Assembly: GCA_015680685.1 (NCBI GenBank)
Contig: MNCI01002538.1
Location: forward strand, 152,831 to 216,830
Length of the DNA stretch: 64,000 bases
Direction: 5' to 3'
From: Gnetum montanum
Taxonomy: Eukaryota > Plantae > Gnetophyta
Made by a program: the position numbers and the translations under genes. Below, piece by piece: positions 60,715 through 64,000 of this stretch. Positions within the stretch are counted from its first letter, which is position 1. The number at the start of each line of letters is the position of its first letter. The notes beneath the pieces were generated by a model. It made no database searches and had not been told where the DNA came from. It was given only the letters and a program-made list of their open reading frames with translations.

Positions 60715-63700
60715 TGTTAAATGTGTTTAATTGTTAAACATACTTTTTTTGTTTGTCCTAGTCTTTAAGAAGTGTCCTTAGGGATTCAGTTGCTATTTTT
60801 GTTCTTTAGAAGTTGAATGGTTGATCATTACAAAAGTTGAAGGGTTGATAATTATAGTCATTATAGAAGTTAAAGGGTTGGTCATTACAAAAGTTGAAGG
60901 GCTTCCCATTACAGAAGTTGAATAGTTTGTTGTTACAGAAGTTGAAGTGTTGGTCATTATAAAAGTTGAAGAGTTGACTATTACAAAAGATAAAAGGTTG
61001 ACCATTATAGAAGTTGCTTCATATTAGGATTTAGTTGCTATTTTCCATTGATGTATTTGCCTATCTAAAGACCATTATTACTTGAATAAAAAAGTAAACA
61101 TTTAGTTACCTTTGTTTGCCCCTATTTTGTTTTGTTATTGTTATTTTTCTTTATCTGAGGCTTGCAGTGCATAGGCTAGCAATGCATAACCTTAGAGGCT
61201 AATAACGGTATTAGAGAATCGTTTAGGAGGCTAGAGAGAAAGCTCAATTTAGGAGGCTAGAGAGAAAAGCACAGTAGTGCACCCAGTTTAGTAGGCTTGA
61301 GAAAAGAGCATAGTAGTGCATAAATGGTCTTTTAAAATTTTGTACAGCATGTCATTCCACGTTTTGATGGTCACTATGACCATTAGAGCATGTTGATAGA
61401 AAATTTCTTGAAGTCTAAGGAGTATTGGCAAGTTGTTGAAGATGGTGTAGTAACATCCGCAATTGAGGCTACACTCACAAATGAACAAAGAAAGGAGCTA
61501 AAGGGACTAAGGCTAAAAGATTTGAAGGCAAAGAATTATTTATTTAAAGCAATTGATCATTCTATCGTGGAGACTATTCTTAGCAAAGAAACTTCCAAGG
61601 ATATTTGGAATTCTATGAAAAAAAAATATTAAGGATCTTGTTAAGTAAAGCACAAATAGCTTCAAGCCTTGAGAAGGGATTTTGAGACTCTATAGATGAA
61701 AGATGGGAAGTCTATTATCAGCTATTATGCAAGGACAATGAGGATAGCCAATAATATGCAATTTCATGGTGAGAATATGGAGGATGTGATTATTGTTAAG
61801 AAGATATTATGTTCCATATCCCCCAAGTTTGATTATGTTGTTTGTTCAATTAAAGAATCCAAAGATGTTGATACACTTTCCCTTGATGAACCTCAAAGCT
61901 CTTTGTTAGTCCATGAACAAAAGATGAATCAAAATTTAATTTCGGAGGAGCAAGCTTTGAAGGCTTCTACTTTTACTCATGCCTTAAGAGGAAGAGGTAG
62001 AGGAAGAGGAGATCAAGGTAATAGATATGACAATTAACATTTCAAAGGGGATGGTGATATGCTTCAAGGCAAAGGCAAAGGACAAGTTGAAAAACCTAAG
62101 GTGGAATGATTTAGATGTTATAAATATAGACATTATCATTCCAAATGCTACACTAAACTACCTAATGACAAAGTAGAGAAATAAAATTTTGTAGAAGAGA
62201 AAGAGTTTGAGATTTTGTTGATGGCTGTTCAAGCCAACTGAGAGTCTTAGTCAGATGTATGGTATGTGGATATTGGCTGTAGCAACCATATGTGTGGATA
62301 TAAGTCTTCTTCTTTCTTACATAGATGAAATTTTTCATTCTACAGTAAGTTTTGATGATTGTTTTATTGTAAATGTAATGGGAAAGGGGGATATTAACAT
62401 TAGAACTAAGAATGGTTTTGTAGAAACAATTTCCAAGGTTTTTTGTGTTCTTGATTTGAAAAGAAATTTGTTAAGTGTTGGTCAATTGCAAGAGAAGGGT
62501 TATGTAATAACCATTCAGAAGGGTGCTTGTGAAATTTATGATCCTTCAAGAGGAGCTACTGTAGTTCTTCAAATAAGCTCCAATAGATTATTTCAACTAA
62601 GGATTAAAAGTTGCCAATCTTGCCTAAAGATTGAAGTAAAAGATCCAACATGGCTTTAGCATTTTTGCTATGGCCACTTGAATTTTGAAGGATTAAAGAG
62701 TCTACAATAGAAAAATATTGTGATTGGTATTCCTCAAATTACAATTCCTTCCAGTGTCTATGAAGAATGTGTTGTTGGTGAATAACATTATTTTCAATTT
62801 TTTCAAGGAAAATCATGGAGAGCAAAGAATATCCTTGAGCTGGTTCACTGTGACATTTGTGGGCGAATTAAACCATCTTCAAATGAAGGTAAGAGGTACT
62901 TGATCACCTTAATCGATGATTATAGTTGAAAAAGTTGTATTTATTTTTGTAGAAGAAGTCTAAAACTTTTAATTCATTTAAAAGCTTTAAGGCGTTTGTT
63001 GAGAACGAGTTTGGTAAGATCATTAAGACTCTTTATATGGATCATGGAGGAGAATATTATTCAAAAGAGTTTGATGTTTTTTGTGAGAATCATGGCATTT
63101 GGATTAAGCTCATAGCCCCATATACACAACAACAAAATGGTATATTAGAAAGGAAAAATAGAACCATTCTCAATATGGTGAGAAGCCTCTTGGCAAGAGG
63201 AAGTATTCCAAAGAGTTACTTGCTAGAGGCTATGAATTGAAGCATCCATGTTTTGAACAAAAGTCCCACCTTTGCTATTTTAAACATGACACCGAAAGAG
63301 GCTTGGAGTGGAAGGAAACTAATAGTGGATCACTTCAAAATATTTGGTTGCATTGCCTACGCATATATCCTGATTAGAAGAGGAAGAAGTTGGAGGATAA
63401 GAGTGAAAAATGTATCTTTCTTAGTGCAAGTGAAGCATCCAAAGCATATAACTTGTAGAATCCTCTAGCAAAGAAGATTATGACTAGTAGAGATGTCATC
63501 TTTGATGACGAGAGCACTTGGAATTGGAATGGGCAGTAGCCTACTTCAATTATTTTTGATAATGAAACTGTAGACACCGTAACACCTAAAACTATAGAAC
63601 CTAGAACTATAGACTTTGAAACACTAAGAATTGTGGAGGTTGAAATCACAAAAGCCATGGAGGCTGAAACACTAAAAACTATGGAGGTTGAGAATTCACT

Positions 63701-64000
63701 AATAGTGGCAATAGCTGAATCTTGCTATATTTAAAAAATATCCTTATGGATGATGCATCATGAGGTAACTAGGATTGACCAATATGATGATCCAATCACC
63801 CACTTTGCTTTGTTTGTAGATTATGATCCCACAACTTTTGAAAGTGCTATAAAAGAATCAAAATGGAGAAAGGCAATGGAGGATAAAATTGAAGCCATTA
63901 AGAGAAATGGTACTTGGGAGCTAGTTGATCTTCCAAAAGGGCATAAAACCATTGGTTTGAAGTGGATTCTTCAAAACAAAACTAAAGGATACTGGTGAAG
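60715..64000 (+). mobile_element. Ty1/Copia element B (same family as Copia A), runs off the window
   Basis: LTR TGTTAAATGTG 60715-~61204 with 24-bp tandem units, PBS-like CGGTATTAGAG. gag FDGHYDH..MLIENFLKSKEYWQVV, integrase DHGGEY..QQNGILERKNRT, RT start WRKAM..NGTWELVDLP. Confidence 0.95.

Overview
AT-rich, heavily decayed land-plant nuclear DNA from a draft assembly (one 648-N gap plus several single Ns). I found no intact protein-coding gene. Two direct-repeat copies of an LRR-XII-type (EFR/Xa21/FLS2-like) receptor kinase, both pseudogenes (1149-2435 and ~44140-47340), are separated by ~41 kb of nested retrotransposons. The nest holds a Copia, four Athila-like Ty3/Gypsy elements (three stacked inside one another), chromovirus remnants, an RTE LINE end and a deleted Tat-like element. 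To the right lie a GC-rich L1-type insertion with a 19-bp TSD, a non-autonomous Copia inserted head-to-head into a solo LTR of its own family, small tRNA-like repeats, and the 3' ten exons of an intron-containing ferredoxin-dependent glutamate synthase (Fd-GOGAT) pseudogene cut by a second copy of the first Copia family. The most notable candidate system is in the Athila-like family. One complete element (7959-16381) appears to lack pol but has a large accessory ORF with a putative internal promoter that reuses the LTR's GATATC+TATA module, and a splice acceptor directly on its ATG. A sister element (32447-41257) has gag-pol but only a vestige of that unit. All alignments were done by eye.
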